A stretch of DNA of 63,483 nucleotides, the filler included, from Octopus bimaculoides (lineage: Eukaryota): the NCBI RefSeq assembly GCF_001194135.2. It is 4 parts of 4 records of this genome, joined end to end, with 100 filler letters (N's around TTAATTAATTAA, not from the genome) between each part and the next. Parts side by side here need not be neighbours in the genome. Positions count along the whole stretch, not along the records: positions 30,701 to 48,214 come from NC_069007.1; positions 48,315 to 55,261 come from NC_069004.1; 2 more parts are not named here. One strand, given 5' to 3'. Below are positions 41,725 through 53,610 of this stretch, one piece after another; within the stretch, counting starts at the first letter, position 1, and each line of letters opens with the position of its first letter. The position numbers were made by a program, and so were the translations under genes. The notes beneath the pieces are model-generated. The model saw only the letters and a program-made list of their open reading frames with translations, did no database searches and was not told the origin of the DNA.

Positions 41725-41975
41725 AGACAGGATTTACCTGGGGCTAGACAATAAAAAGCACTATACAATCAATCTGTTAATAATAGCAGCCAAATTTCCC
41801 TAAAATTATACCTTACTTCTGTCTTAAAAGAAGGACAGATTGGATAATATGATCCAAGATATACATTGTTTGAAAAACATTTCAAAAATGGGATGGCCAT
41901 GAATGGAATGCCTTTGATCAAGTCTACTTGGTTAGAGCTGACTTTGGACTAAACAACAACAACAACATCAACAAT
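41725..41975 (+). mobile_element. Retroelement 3' end with (CAA)n tail
   Basis: GGGATGGCCATGAATGGAATGCCTTTGATC..GAGCTGACTTTGGACTAAACAACAACAAC. Confidence 0.5.
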
Positions 41976-42421
41976 AACATTAATCACAACTGTTAATACA
42001 ATGACAACAACATCAACAACAATAACCACAATTACAATACAGCCACAGCTGTCAGTAAATAGTTTCTTCCCTTCCCACAATGCATCAGCCTAAATTTCCT
42101 CATCACAAGACACCAAGTGACTTGAGGAACAAAATGCAATTATCAGTTGTAATTAACAAGTAGGAAGGTTAACGAAGTGCAACTGATTATGTCTACCTAC
42201 ACATTCCTTTTACGGTTGATTACTTCCTCCTATCGTTGCTAGCATCACTATTGTCATTGCCACCCTCGGAGTATAGTTTATGATGTGAAACCTGCCAAGT
42301 TTGTATGTGGGAGGCAAGGACATAAGGAAAGGGACTTGATTTGGCAGAATAAATACTTTGATATTTTACTTAACTCTTTAGCCCTTAAACTGGCCACATC
42401 TGACCCAAATATTCCACATAT

Positions 42422-42592
42422 AGGCGCGGGAGTGGCAGTGTGGTAAGTAGCTTGCTTACCAACCACATGGTTCTGGGTTCAGTCCCACTGCATGGCACCT
42501 TGGGCAAGTGTCTTCTACTATAGCCTTGGGCCGACCAAAGCCTTGTAAGTGGATTTGGTAGACGGAAACTGAAAGAAGCCCGTCATATATAT

Positions 42593-42628
<36 letters not shown>

Positions 42629-42692
42629 ATATGTTTGTGTGTCTGTGTTTGTCCCCTCAACATTGCTTGACAACCAATGCTGGTGTGTTTAC
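42422..42692 (+). mobile_element. Family-A SINE, 3'-truncated by a family-C piece
   Basis: Canonical head through GCTGGTGTGTTTAC, then switches to ACTCACTACCTCATGATTG. Confidence 0.85.
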
Positions 42693-42800
42693 TCACTACC
42701 TCATGATTGTGAGGCCAACACTCTAACCACTGAGCCATGTGCCTTCACATAGGCAGATGAATATATATGTATGTGTGTGTGTGTGTGTGTGCATATATAA

Positions 42801-43132
42801 AGACCCTTCTTCAGTCATGAATGGCCATGAGATTGCACCTAGAAAGTTCCCCTCCGAGGCACAAGCCCAGGAAAGGTTGTCTTATGGAAGACCAGCAGTC
42901 ACTCATGCATATCAGCCTCCCCTCACCACGCCACTGATGTTATCCAAGGGAAAAGCAAAAGGGGCCGATACAGCTTGGCACCAGTGATGTCACAACTCAT
43001 TTCTACAGCTGAGCTAACTAGAGCAATGTGAAATAAAGTGTCTTGCTCAAGAACACAACACACAGCCCTGTATGGGAATCAAACTCACTACCTCATGATT
43101 GTAAACCAGACTTTCTAACCACTGAGCCATGC
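42801..43132 (-). mobile_element. Family-C SINE
   Basis: Reverse complement of 37370-37682. Confidence 0.85.
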
Positions 43133-43204
43133 ATCTTCCCACATTTATTATATTATTATATTGTTTTATTACGGAGATGTACTTGCATAGCAAGTGACCT
43201 GATC

Positions 43205-43620
43205 TGATGTTGACAAACGTTCTGGGAGACCTGCAACCAGCAAAACTGAGGAAAACATCACAGATGTACGTGCAGCTGTGTGAGAAAATTGTCGAATCAC
43301 CATTCGTGAATTATCAGAGGATGTGCGGTTCAGTTCAGTCCATTATCGCTGAAGATTTGTGTCTGAGACGCTTGTCTGCCAAGTTTGTGCCAAAACTGCT
43401 TTCAGCTGACCAAAAAGACATTCAGGGTTTCAGTTGCACAAAATCTCTTTGATTGTGTCGAGAACGATGAAAACATTTTGAAAACTTTGCATAAGCCTCT
43501 GAGCAGGTATCGCCAGGCTTTTAGCAAAGTTTGATGCAAATTCTCTGCTCAGTGCAATGATCGCATGCTACACACCTTCCTTCCAAGCATTGCTGTAAAC
43601 AGCGGAAGTGAGCTAGAATG
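43205..43620 (+). mobile_element. Mariner deletion derivative (HTH region)
   Basis: DVDKRSGRPATSKTEENITDVRAAV*ENCRITIRELSEDV / GSVQSIIAEDLCLRRLSAKFVPKLLSADQK, with SGRP and WVPxxL-equivalent motifs. Confidence 0.9.
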
Positions 43621-43704
43621 TTAAAACTTAGTGCACATGCACAGCATAGTTCAAGGTCGATCTGTGCCAAGCAGCTTCACTCTGCATGCTTTAGCTTCAT
43701 TACT

Positions 43705-43925
43705 ATGGCCACAGTCCGGATACTTATTGATCAGACCATGTATACACTTATATATATATGTGACAGGTTTCCTTCAGTTTCTGTCAACCAGATCCACTCA
43801 CAAAGCTTTGGTCAGCTGAGGCTATACTAAAAAGACACTTTCCCAAGATCCCATACAGTGGGACTGAACCCAGAACTATGTCGCTAGGAAGCAAGCTTCT
43901 TAATACACAGCCATGCCTGCAACTA
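43705..43925 (-). mobile_element. Diverged family-A SINE 5' half
   Basis: TTCCTTCAGTTTCTGTC..CACTCACAAAGCTTTGGTC..GGGACTGAACCCAGAAC..CAGCCATGCCTGC. Confidence 0.75.
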
Positions 43926-44363
43926 TATTTCCAGCTGGATGCCTTTCCTGTCACCAACTAGTTTACAGACAGTGGAGAGGGTATTAAAATAAAGTACCAG
44001 TTAAATACTGGGGTTTATTTAATTCATTGCTCCCTTTCCATCATTATTGGCAGTGGTGGTCTTGTACCAATTGTTTAAATCAATATTATTGAAGGAAAAC
44101 ATTATTTTCTTTTGATAATTTTTCAACCTCCTCCTTAATTAGAAATTAATTAAACATCTCAACCCACATCACCAAACAAATTGCATCCACATTTATTAGA
44201 TTTTTTTTAGTTTGATGTGTGTGAGTGAGTGCAATGTATATGTAAATATGTGTGTATATGTATGTGTGTGTAAATATGTTTGTGTATATGTGTATGTATA
44301 TATATATGTGTGTAAATATGTTTGTGGGTATGTGTATGTATATATATATGTAGATAGATAGAC

Positions 44364-44435
<72 letters not shown>

Positions 44436-44859
44436 TGATAGATAAACAAAATAAAACTATAAAAAAGAATTAATAAACAAATTGAAAAAAATCCTGGCAG
44501 ATGAAAAAATAAAGGAGAAAGGTTGAACCAATTAGCAAGTAATAGTGCTAATCAATTGGTTCGTCAAACCAAATTGGGAGGTACAGCGACGAATGTGATT
44601 AAAATAATGTGTGATGAGAGAAAGCTCGCAGGTAAACATGCAGAACAGATGATGTGCCAGCCAACTGGGGGGAAGAGAGCTTGGAATGGTGGTGGTGGGG
44701 GGTAACAAAGGTAGGGTTAATTAAGGATTGGTAATTGAAACTGTATTACTACTACTATTAATATTACTACTAATACTATCACCACCACCACTATTACTAC
44801 TACTACACACTTGTATATACACACAAATATATACAGCCTTGAGAGTTTTTTTTACAGAG

Positions 44860-45602
44860 CTTAGAAAATCTTGATCAACAAGGAGCAGCTAGTCACCCTG
44901 GAGTTGGGGCTGAGCATTGAAGACTGGTGACTGATCAGGCCAAGCCACACCCAGAAGGTTCTCTGGCAGAGTGGACAAATAATGGTAATGGTAGTAGTGG
45001 GGACTTGATGGCACTAGTTTTCCTGGCCTGCCTTCATTGGTCTGCTGCAGCAATTCCGTTGGCTTTGCAGGTTTGCATACCTTGACAGACAGCTCATTGC
45101 CACTTGCTTCTGTCCCGAGCCATCTGCTCCCAGGTGAAATGGCTGATGCTCATTAGATACACATAAAAGCAGTGGTTCTTAATTTGGGTCCATGTGAACC
45201 ATGGAGGTTCCACATAAGATTTGCAGGGGTCCTCAGTAGTATGTTAAGGGTCCATGAAAAACTTTGACTTTAGATGTATTTATTGCAAAAAATAGCTAAA
45301 TTTCATTTTTTTACTATTTTACATAGTTCAACCTACACAAGTTTGTGTGTGATAAACAAAAATAGGAATTTTGAAAGAAGCATCTTTAAAGCTAGTTTTT
45401 AAACATCAAATAGCTGTAGGAGTCCACCAGAAAAAACATAGTAATCAAAAGGGTCCATAGATGAAAATGGTTGAACCATTTTAAAGTGTCTTTGAATCAC
45501 TTTTCTCTGGCCTCCCCAAATGTGCATACTTGTTGGAGTCTGCCATATAATGGTTTCTTTGGAAGCCAGTGGTGTGAGATGCAAGCTACATGACCTGCCC
45601 TG
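44860..45602 (-). mobile_element. RTE-BovB-like LINE 3' end split in two (45481-45602 and 44860-45169)
   Basis: [33 protein letters not shown], then after the insertion TWEQMARDRSKWQ*AVCQG..NGIAAADQ*RQARKTS..CPLCQRTF..GLISH. Confidence 0.85.
45170..45480. mobile_element. hAT/Charlie-like MITE inserted in the RTE
   Basis: Begins CAGTGGTTCTTAA, ends GGTTGAACCATT (eroded TIR), with GGGTCCA motifs at both ends; no clear TSD. Confidence 0.6.
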
Positions 45603-45674
45603 TGAAACACACCAATGTCAGTTGTAAAGCAATGGTTGGGGGACAAACACACATAAATACATACATGCATATAC

Positions 45675-45769
<95 letters not shown>

Positions 45770-45774
45770 CATAC

Positions 45775-46483
45775 AGAAGATAAGAAAATGAAGAGATAAT
45801 TAATAATTATTTATTAATTAAAAAATTAGACATCATCTCTGACAGCTGTTTCGATTCTAGACCTTTATAAATTAATTACCATAACTAAAACCATTTAAAA
45901 GTTGAATTTCATCAGATGCTGGCTAAAGATATACAATTAGGTGTTCATCTTCCTGCTTGTTGAGTATAAGGCTCCAAACTGTTAACTGATAAAATTTATA
46001 TATAAAGAACGTGGTATAAACCTGACAGAGGGGAAGAAGGTGGTATATTTATTGGAGTTATAATAAAAGTAAGAATAGAACAATATACCATTCTAGCATT
46101 AGTATTGGTGCATAATATATTGTAATATATTGCAATTATATTCATATACCTACTTTCGCAATTTCTTTTATTTAACACCCTCGAATGGTATATTGTTCTA
46201 TTCTTACTTTTATTTAACTCCAATAAATATACCACCTTTCTCCCCTTTGTCAGGTTTATACCACGTTCTTTATATATAAATTTTATCAGTTAATGGTTTG
46301 GAACTGTATACTTAACAACTGATTGTATATCTTTAGCTAATTCTGATGAGATTCGACTTTTAAATGGTTTTAGTTATAGTAATTAATTTATAAAGGTCTG
46401 GAATCGAAAGAACTGTCAGAGATGATGTCTAATATTTTAATTAATAAGTAATTATTAATTATCTCTCTATTTTCTTATCTTCT
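45775..46483. repeat. Long palindrome or foldback element, arms 45775-46093 and 46183-46483, ~89-bp spacer
   Basis: AGAAGATAAGAAAAT..AGACATCATCTCTGACAG..AATAGAACAATATACCATTC is mirrored by GAATGGTATATTGTTCTATT..CTGTCAGAGATGATGTCT..ATTTTCTTATCTTCT. Confidence 0.95.
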
Positions 46484-46609
46484 TAAAATACATTTAAACC
46501 ACAGTTTATCTAGTTACCTTACAGTTAGATATTAATTGTAATATTCATCACTTTCTTAATAGGTAACTAACCAGTATTTTCACTGGATTTTATTATCCCT
46601 TGTTGAGGT

Positions 46610-46918
46610 TTGTAACCTTTATTTGAACTTATATTTGACTGTGGCCATGCTGGAGCACCACCTTTAGTCGAGCAAATCGACCCCAGGACTTATTCTTTGT
46701 AAGCCTAGTACTTATTCTATCAGTCTCTTTTGCCAAACCGCTAAGTTACGGGGATGTAAACACACCAGCATCAGTTGTCAAGTGATGTTGGAGGGACAAA
46801 CACAGACACACAAACACATACATATATATATATATATATGACGGGCTTCTTTCAGTTTCCATCTACCAAATCCACTCAAAAGGCTTTGCGTGGCCCGAGG
46901 CTATAGTAGAAGACACTA
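46610..46918 (-). mobile_element. Family-A SINE lacking its head
   Basis: TTTGACTGTGGCCATGCTGGAGCACC..GACGGGCTTCTTTCAGTTTCC..GAGGCTATAGTAGAAGACACT. Confidence 0.9.
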
Positions 46919-47718
46919 GTAGTGTCAGTGACTACTACTAAATTCAGGCCATGACAGACAGAGAGGATGTTCTTGAAGCCAAGAATTTGAACTTACGGGG
47001 GCAATATTTACATATCACCTGAGGAAACACAACTAGATCTCATAATGCAGGGAAATGATTGCATAATAAAGTACCTGCATGCGTGGAGAACCACGTTGTA
47101 TAGAAACAATTGTAGTGATTGAAAATAAATATTCAACCATACTTCTTATATNNNNNNNNNNNNNNNNNNNNNNNNNNNNNNNNNNNNNNNNNNNNNNNNN
47201 NNNNNNNNNNNNNNNNNNNNNNNNNNNNNNNNNNNNNNNNNNNNNNNNNNNNNNNNNNNNNNNNNNNNNNNNNNNNNNNNNNNNNNNNNNNNNNNNNNNN
47301 NNNNNNNNNNNNNNNNNNNNNNNNNNNNNNNNNNNNNNNNNNNNNNNNNNNNNNNNNNNNNNNNNNNNNNNNNNNNNNNNNNNNNNNNNNNNNNNNNNNN
47401 NNNNNNNNNNNNNNNNNNNNNNNNNNNNNNNNNNNNNNNNNNNNNNNNNNNNNNNNNNNNNNNNNNNNNNNNNNNNNNNNNNNNNNNNNNNNNNNNNNNN
47501 NNNNNNNNNNNNNNNNNNNNNNNNNNNNNNNNNNNNNNNNNNNNNNNNNNNNNNNNNNNNNNNNNNNNNNNNNNNNNNNNNNNNNNNNNNNNNNNNNATG
47601 TATATAAATTATATGTGATTATGTAAAAAATGTAAATTCTATATACTTCAGTGTATACATTTGTGTATATATGTGTGTGTGTATGTGAATATGTATGTAT
47701 CTATATATGTGTGTGTGT

Positions 47719-47779
<61 letters not shown>

Positions 47780-48167
47780 CAGATACTCACATACATACAT
47801 GCATTTATGTTGTAAACATAACCACCAGCTGCCTAACGTGGCCATTGTATTGACAGCATTGTGTTACAAACTCATTTAAGCCCTTGTCAGAGTTTATTTA
47901 ACCCTGTCGCTCTAATGCCAACTAAAAACAGCTCAAAGCCATATTGGAAAATAATTTTTAGCTCAAAGAATGGTGAACTATTATTCCGTATTGAAGTCAG
48001 TCTGACAACTATTCAAGACATTACTAACAGAGAAACACAGCAACAACTTTTACTTTAATTGACTCTGTCAAGCTATATCTATAATCTCCCAAAGTTTTAT
48101 TTCATAGTAATACATTCCCCACCACCACCCAACCACCTTTCTCTCACTTTATAAATGTGTGTGTGTG

Positions 48168-48214
<47 letters not shown>

Positions 48215-48325
48215 NNNNNNNNNNNNNNNNNNNNNNNNNNNNNNNNNNNNNNNNNNNNTTAATTAATTAANNNNNNNNNNNNNNNNNNNNNNNNNNNNNN
48301 NNNNNNNNNNNNNNTATTATTATTG

Positions 48326-48860
48326 GAAAGGCGGCGAGCTGGCAGAATCGTTAGCAGGCCGGGCGAAATGCGTAGCGGTATTTCGTCTATCCTTACGTTC
48401 TGGGTTCAAATTCTGCCGAATTCGACTTTTCCTTACATCCTTTCGGGGTCGATAAATTAAGTACCAGTTGCGTACTGGAGTTGATCTAATCCACTGGATC
48501 CCTCCCCCAAAATTTCGGGCCCTATGCCTAGAGCAGAAAAGAATTGTGCCTAGAGTAACATTACGACGACGAGGATTACAGGTGAGCCGGTCAACGGAAC
48601 ATCCTGCTCGTGAAATTAACGTGCAAGTGGCTGAGCACTCCACAGAGACGCATACCCTTCACGCAGTTCTCAGAGAGATTCAACATAACACAGAATGTGT
48701 CAAGGCTGACTCTTTGAAATACAGGTCCTACTCAGTTTTGCCATTTGGAGTAACGTGGGATAAAGAGTCGTACTGAAGGTCACAAAGCGCCGCCGTGAGT
48801 CGAACTCACTACCACGGTCGTGAGCCGAGAAACCCTAACCACTAAGTTACGCGCTTCGTT
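48326..48860. mobile_element. Family-B SINE (+, 48326-48545) joined tail-to-tail with a family-C-like SINE (-)
   Basis: GGAAAGGCGGCGAGCTGGCAGAATCGTTAGC head; then GTGCAAGTGGCTGAGCACTCCACAGA..TTCTCAGAGAGATTC; minus-strand head at GAGTCGAACTC..AACCACTAAG. Confidence 0.8.
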
Positions 48861-49169
48861 CAGTTTAGCATCATAACATCACTCTTAATATGGAAATTTC
48901 TTGTTGTGCTGATTTATTGTACAAGTTGAATATGTCCATTTGCTTTAGAGCTAATTTCTCCATGGTGAGTTCAACTTTTAAGGCGAACATCGATACGAAT
49001 TTTAATAAAATATATATGTATAATAAATCTGATGAAAAGAACTATTAATTATTGAGTATGACCGATAACTGTGTCATTGAGGAGACGAGTATTGAACGGG
49101 AATCTCATAAATAGTTTATCATGCCAGGCAGACGTCTGAGTAATGGCGAATATATGTACGCATGTACAC

Positions 49170-49633
49170 ACGTACATATGTATGTATGTATGTATGTCAT
49201 TATTCAGATTTATTTCAAGATTTCTTGCCAATAGAGAAAGAGCCGGTTTCTAATCTAGACCCCGGGCTCTTTCATTCGAATTTCAACAACATCAACAGGG
49301 TATTTTTGTATGTATGTATATGTGCAGATTTATATGTTTTCTTTTATGTATATATTCTCATGCATATAATATAGTTGCATGCTTAGACATGCTCATATAT
49401 ACTTAAAAGATTAACTTCTGGAAAGTATTACAGACTTTTACAGTTCCAGTGATGGCTTGGACCTGTTGTCTTCGAATCAGCTTTCCCCTTTTCGTTTTGA
49501 GAAGCCTAATTTGTCAAGGTTGGTATTTTGGCAGTGTGTTACATATCCCAGTGCTTCAATAATTACAGGTATAGACCTGAACTTGTAATCTGGATAGAGT
49601 AGCTGTAGATTTCGCAATAGTTCAGCGTAGGTA
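49170..49633 (-). mobile_element. 5'-truncated RLE-type (R4/NeSL-like) LINE, copy 1, (TACA)n tail
   Basis: TYAELLRNLQLLYPDYKFRSIPVIIEALGYV..LDKLGFS / KLIRRQQVQAITGTVKVCNTFQKLIF* (stop 49403-49405), a ~210-nt 3' UTR, then (TACA)n. Confidence 0.8.
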
Positions 49634-50010
49634 ATGTACGTATGTGATTGTTCAGTTTTATTTCAAGATTTTCTGCCAATAGAGAAAGAGTCAGTTTCTA
49701 ACCTAGATCCAAGATTCATTGGAATTTCAACATGAACAACAAGGTATGTATGTATATATGTATGTGTGTATGTATGTATGTATGTATGTATGTATGTATG
49801 TATGTATGTACTATGCATGTATGCATGTATGTATGTGTGTAGATTTGTATGTTTTGCTTTATGTATGTATTCTCATGCATATATAGCTGCATAGCTAGAC
49901 ATGCTTTTATATATTTAAATGATAAACTTCTGGAAAGTTTTACAGATTTTTACAGTTCCAGTGATGGATTGGATCTGTAGTCTTCTTCGAATTAGCTTTC
50001 TCCTTTCTGC
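49634..50010 (-). mobile_element. Same RLE-LINE family, copy 2, more truncated
   Basis: ERRKLIRRRLQIQSITGTVKICKTFQKFII* (stop 49915-49917) plus a homologous 3' UTR ending in TACA units. Confidence 0.8.
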
Positions 50011-50681
50011 TTAACGAGTAGACAGCCATCATCATATTTGTATGTACGTATGTATGTTTTTTAAAAATTTTTAATTGCTGGCTCTAGAGGATGGAACGAA
50101 ACCTTCCTATTCCAGTGAGATTGATACCATTAAATGTTCTTTTCTAAGTCAACACCCACAAGAAAGAAATGAGCAGGGGTGACATTCTGGAGGAAAAGGG
50201 CTGGGAAAAGTGATAATTGCGGAGGAAGGGGCTTGAAGTGAACATAACAAGGATGATGAGGGAGGGAAGATGAGTAGGACAGAGATGTCTGAGGAGAAGC
50301 GACATAAGCCTAACCATCCGAGGGGACCGGAGCCTATCATGCTAACGGTAAAAATGCAGGGAGGAGGCACAGTACGTCTGTGGACCGACCAGACACTACG
50401 GTGTAACTGTTGGTGTCGTTATGCCAATCAGTTTTCTGGCCCCTTTTTTTGGATGTGGTTTGAGATGTCTCCGTGTGCAGCATCAATAGAAGCAACCTCT
50501 TCCAGATGGGAAACAAGATTCTCCATTGTGAAAAGCAGCTGAGACTTGCAGAGTATTAATAACAGAAACCGAAAGAACTCGCGGCTATACACGCAGTTAC
50601 ACACGCGGTTATACACGCGGTAATAATTTGTATGTATGCGTATATATATATATATATATATATACTTATACATAGATACTA

Positions 50682-50720
<39 letters not shown>

Positions 50721-50922
50721 CATACATACATATGTGAGTGTGTGTGTATTTGGTTTTTGTATTGGCTTTTTTCTTGATGCCCCTCCCAAGAAACAATAAT
50801 ATATGTGTGTGTTTGTGTGTGTGCGTGCGTGTGTGTGTGTGTGTATGTGTATAAAATATTTATATGTGTGTATGTATATATGTGTGTGTTGATGCCCCTC
50901 CCAAGAAACAACAATATATGTG

Positions 50923-50957
<35 letters not shown>

Positions 50958-51525
50958 ATGAGTGTGTGTGTATGTATGTGTGTGTATAAAATATTTATAT
51001 ATGTGTGTATATATGTATATATGTATGAGTGTATATCTTCTGATAATCTCATGTTAGTTATACTTGAAGAAAATCAGATGACCTATCACCTGATTTTCTC
51101 TTCAAACGATTGGGGTTCGCCAAGGACGGTCAAGATGGTCTGATTAGTTACTCACCACCACCACCACTACTACTACTACCGCCGCCGCCACAATAACCAC
51201 AACCACCACCACTTCTGTACTACTACTCGTATTACCATCACCAACAACACAATCGCCGACATTCCAACCACCACCACCACCACCACCACCACCACCATCA
51301 CCATTACCATCACCACCACTACCATCNNNNNNNNNNNNNNNNNNNNNNNNNNNNNNNNNNNNNNNNNNNNNNNNNNNNNNNNNNNNNNNNNNNNNNNNNN
51401 NNNNNNNNNNNNNNNNNNNNNNNNNNNNNNNNNNNNNNNNNNNNNNNNNNNNNNNNNNNNNNNNNNNNNNNNNNNNNNNNNNNNNNNNNNNNNNNNNNNN
51501 NNNNNNNNNNNNNNNNNNNNNNNNN

Positions 51526-51586
<61 letters not shown>

Positions 51587-51793
51587 GACCTGCACCTGAG
51601 CAATTTATGAAAGCTTCCGTCACCTTGCCTCTCATTAACACACTCACGCATGCACACAGATACATACACAGATACATACACATACACACTAACACAAACA
51701 TATGCACATGGACACACCATTGACTTTTGTCTCACCGACAAGCATTGTTTCCTGGGAATTTTGAATTCATGAAAAACAAAAAATGGTGTGAAT

Positions 51794-52294
51794 GTGTGAA
51801 TATACCTTTTAAATTTTACTTGTTTCAGTCGTCTGACTGCAGCCATGCTGGGGCACCGCCTTGGAGGGTGTTTTAGTCAAAGAAATCGACCCAGGGACTT
51901 ACCACACAGCCACTCCTACGCCTATACTCTTTTACTCTTTTACTTGTTTTAGTCATTTGACCGCGGCCATGCTGGAGCACCGCCTTCAGTCGAGCAAATC
52001 GATCCCAGGACTTATTCTTTGTAAGCCTAGTACTTATTCTATCGGTGTCTTTTGCCGAACCGCTAAGTTACGGGGACGTAAACACACCAGCATCGGTTGT
52101 CAATCGATGTTGGGGGGACAAACACAAACACACACACACACACACACACACACANNNNNNNNNNATATATATATATATATATATATACATATATACGACA
52201 GGCTTCTTTCAGTTTCCGTCTACCAAATCCACTCACAAGGAACCATGTGGTTGGTAAGCAAGCTACTTACCTCACAGCCACTCCTACGCCTATG
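51794..52294 (-). mobile_element. Two tandem internally deleted family-A SINEs
   Basis: Copy 1 joins tail to head at GGGACTTACCACACAGCC; copy 2 joins CACAAGG to AACCATGTGG. Confidence 0.85.
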
Positions 52295-53610
52295 TAGAAA
52301 ATTTCATAAAAAATTCCAATTTTCTGAAAGTTATGAAGAGGCAAAGTCGGTGCGGGTGGCACAATGATGTAGGTATACCGATCAATGTGAATGTCAGTTT
52401 AGAACAGTTTGGAATCTATGTACCCAGGTACAGACATGATATTGAAGACTACCTAGAGATAGATATAGTCAGGAGAGAAACACTGAGAACCAAATGTACC
52501 CGGATGCAGATCTATATCAGTTTGGAACAGCGGGAGCCTGTGTACTCATGGCATTGAAGATTACTCGAAGAGAGATATATATTCAGGTAAAGAGTACTTA
52601 GATATCTATGAACGTTTAAGAACATGTAGAAACATACGTACCCGGATACATTGCAGCCCACCTCCACGCCGTATTCTTCAAATAATTGTGGTTTGTTAGT
52701 TTGCATGATTTAGTAGGAAGATCGAGATATGACAATTATTTACTACAACGAGTGATTTACAACAACGACGACGACGATGACCACCACTAACAGTACCATC
52801 AGCAGCACCACCACCGCCACTGCCACCTCCACTGCCGCAGCCGCCACCAAATCCATCACCACCACCACCACCACCACCACCACCTTCGCGAAAAGTAAAA
52901 CTCGACTCTACTGGTTACCTATCGCAGCTTGTGATGAAGGTCTATAAGTAATTTATTTTCTCTGAGCTGTTATGTCAGGTTCAAGGTGAGATAAACCTAT
53001 AAATTGTGGAGCGAGATTAGAATAGATTTGCTAATCGCAAGTATAACTTATTTACAAAGAACCTGGATAGCACTTCGGACTATTTCATCTTCGTGCACAT
53101 ACATACATACATACATACATACATACATACATACATACATGCATACATACATACATACATACATACATACACAGAAACACACGCACAACTCAAACACGTA
53201 CTCACACATACACGCAATTCACGTTCGGATGACCTCTACTCAACTACTACGACGTCTGGACTTCTCCCTCTATATCTACGTATTGGGCTAGCCTACTTCA
53301 TCGTCTGGGGGCGTCGACACAACAGTATGTATATATGTATATTTGTATACACATATGTTTATATATATACACACACAGAGTTTAAAATGCAATATATACA
53401 ATACACACACATACAGACACTCCACAAACACACGTAGTTGAATGGCCGTTCACTACGTTGTAGTTCCTCCACCCTTTGACAAGCACCCACCTCACCAAGC
53501 AAGCCTGTTGGGGTTGCCAGTTTAGTCGCCGACAACCTGACCGTAGAACAGGTTGTACTGGACTACATGGTACCAGTAGCACTCATGAGCACTCAAGAGC
53601 GATCTGGCAT

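Noticed and set aside
50776-51010. Duplicated GATGCCCCTCCCAAGAAACAA unit 115 bp apart
   Set aside because: A local slippage duplication within a TG/TA microsatellite.
51064-51105. Hairpin TTGAAGAAAATCAG..CTGATTTTCTCTTCAA
   Set aside because: At 42 nt it is too short for a pre-miRNA, and it lies beside an RT-like GVRQG remnant.
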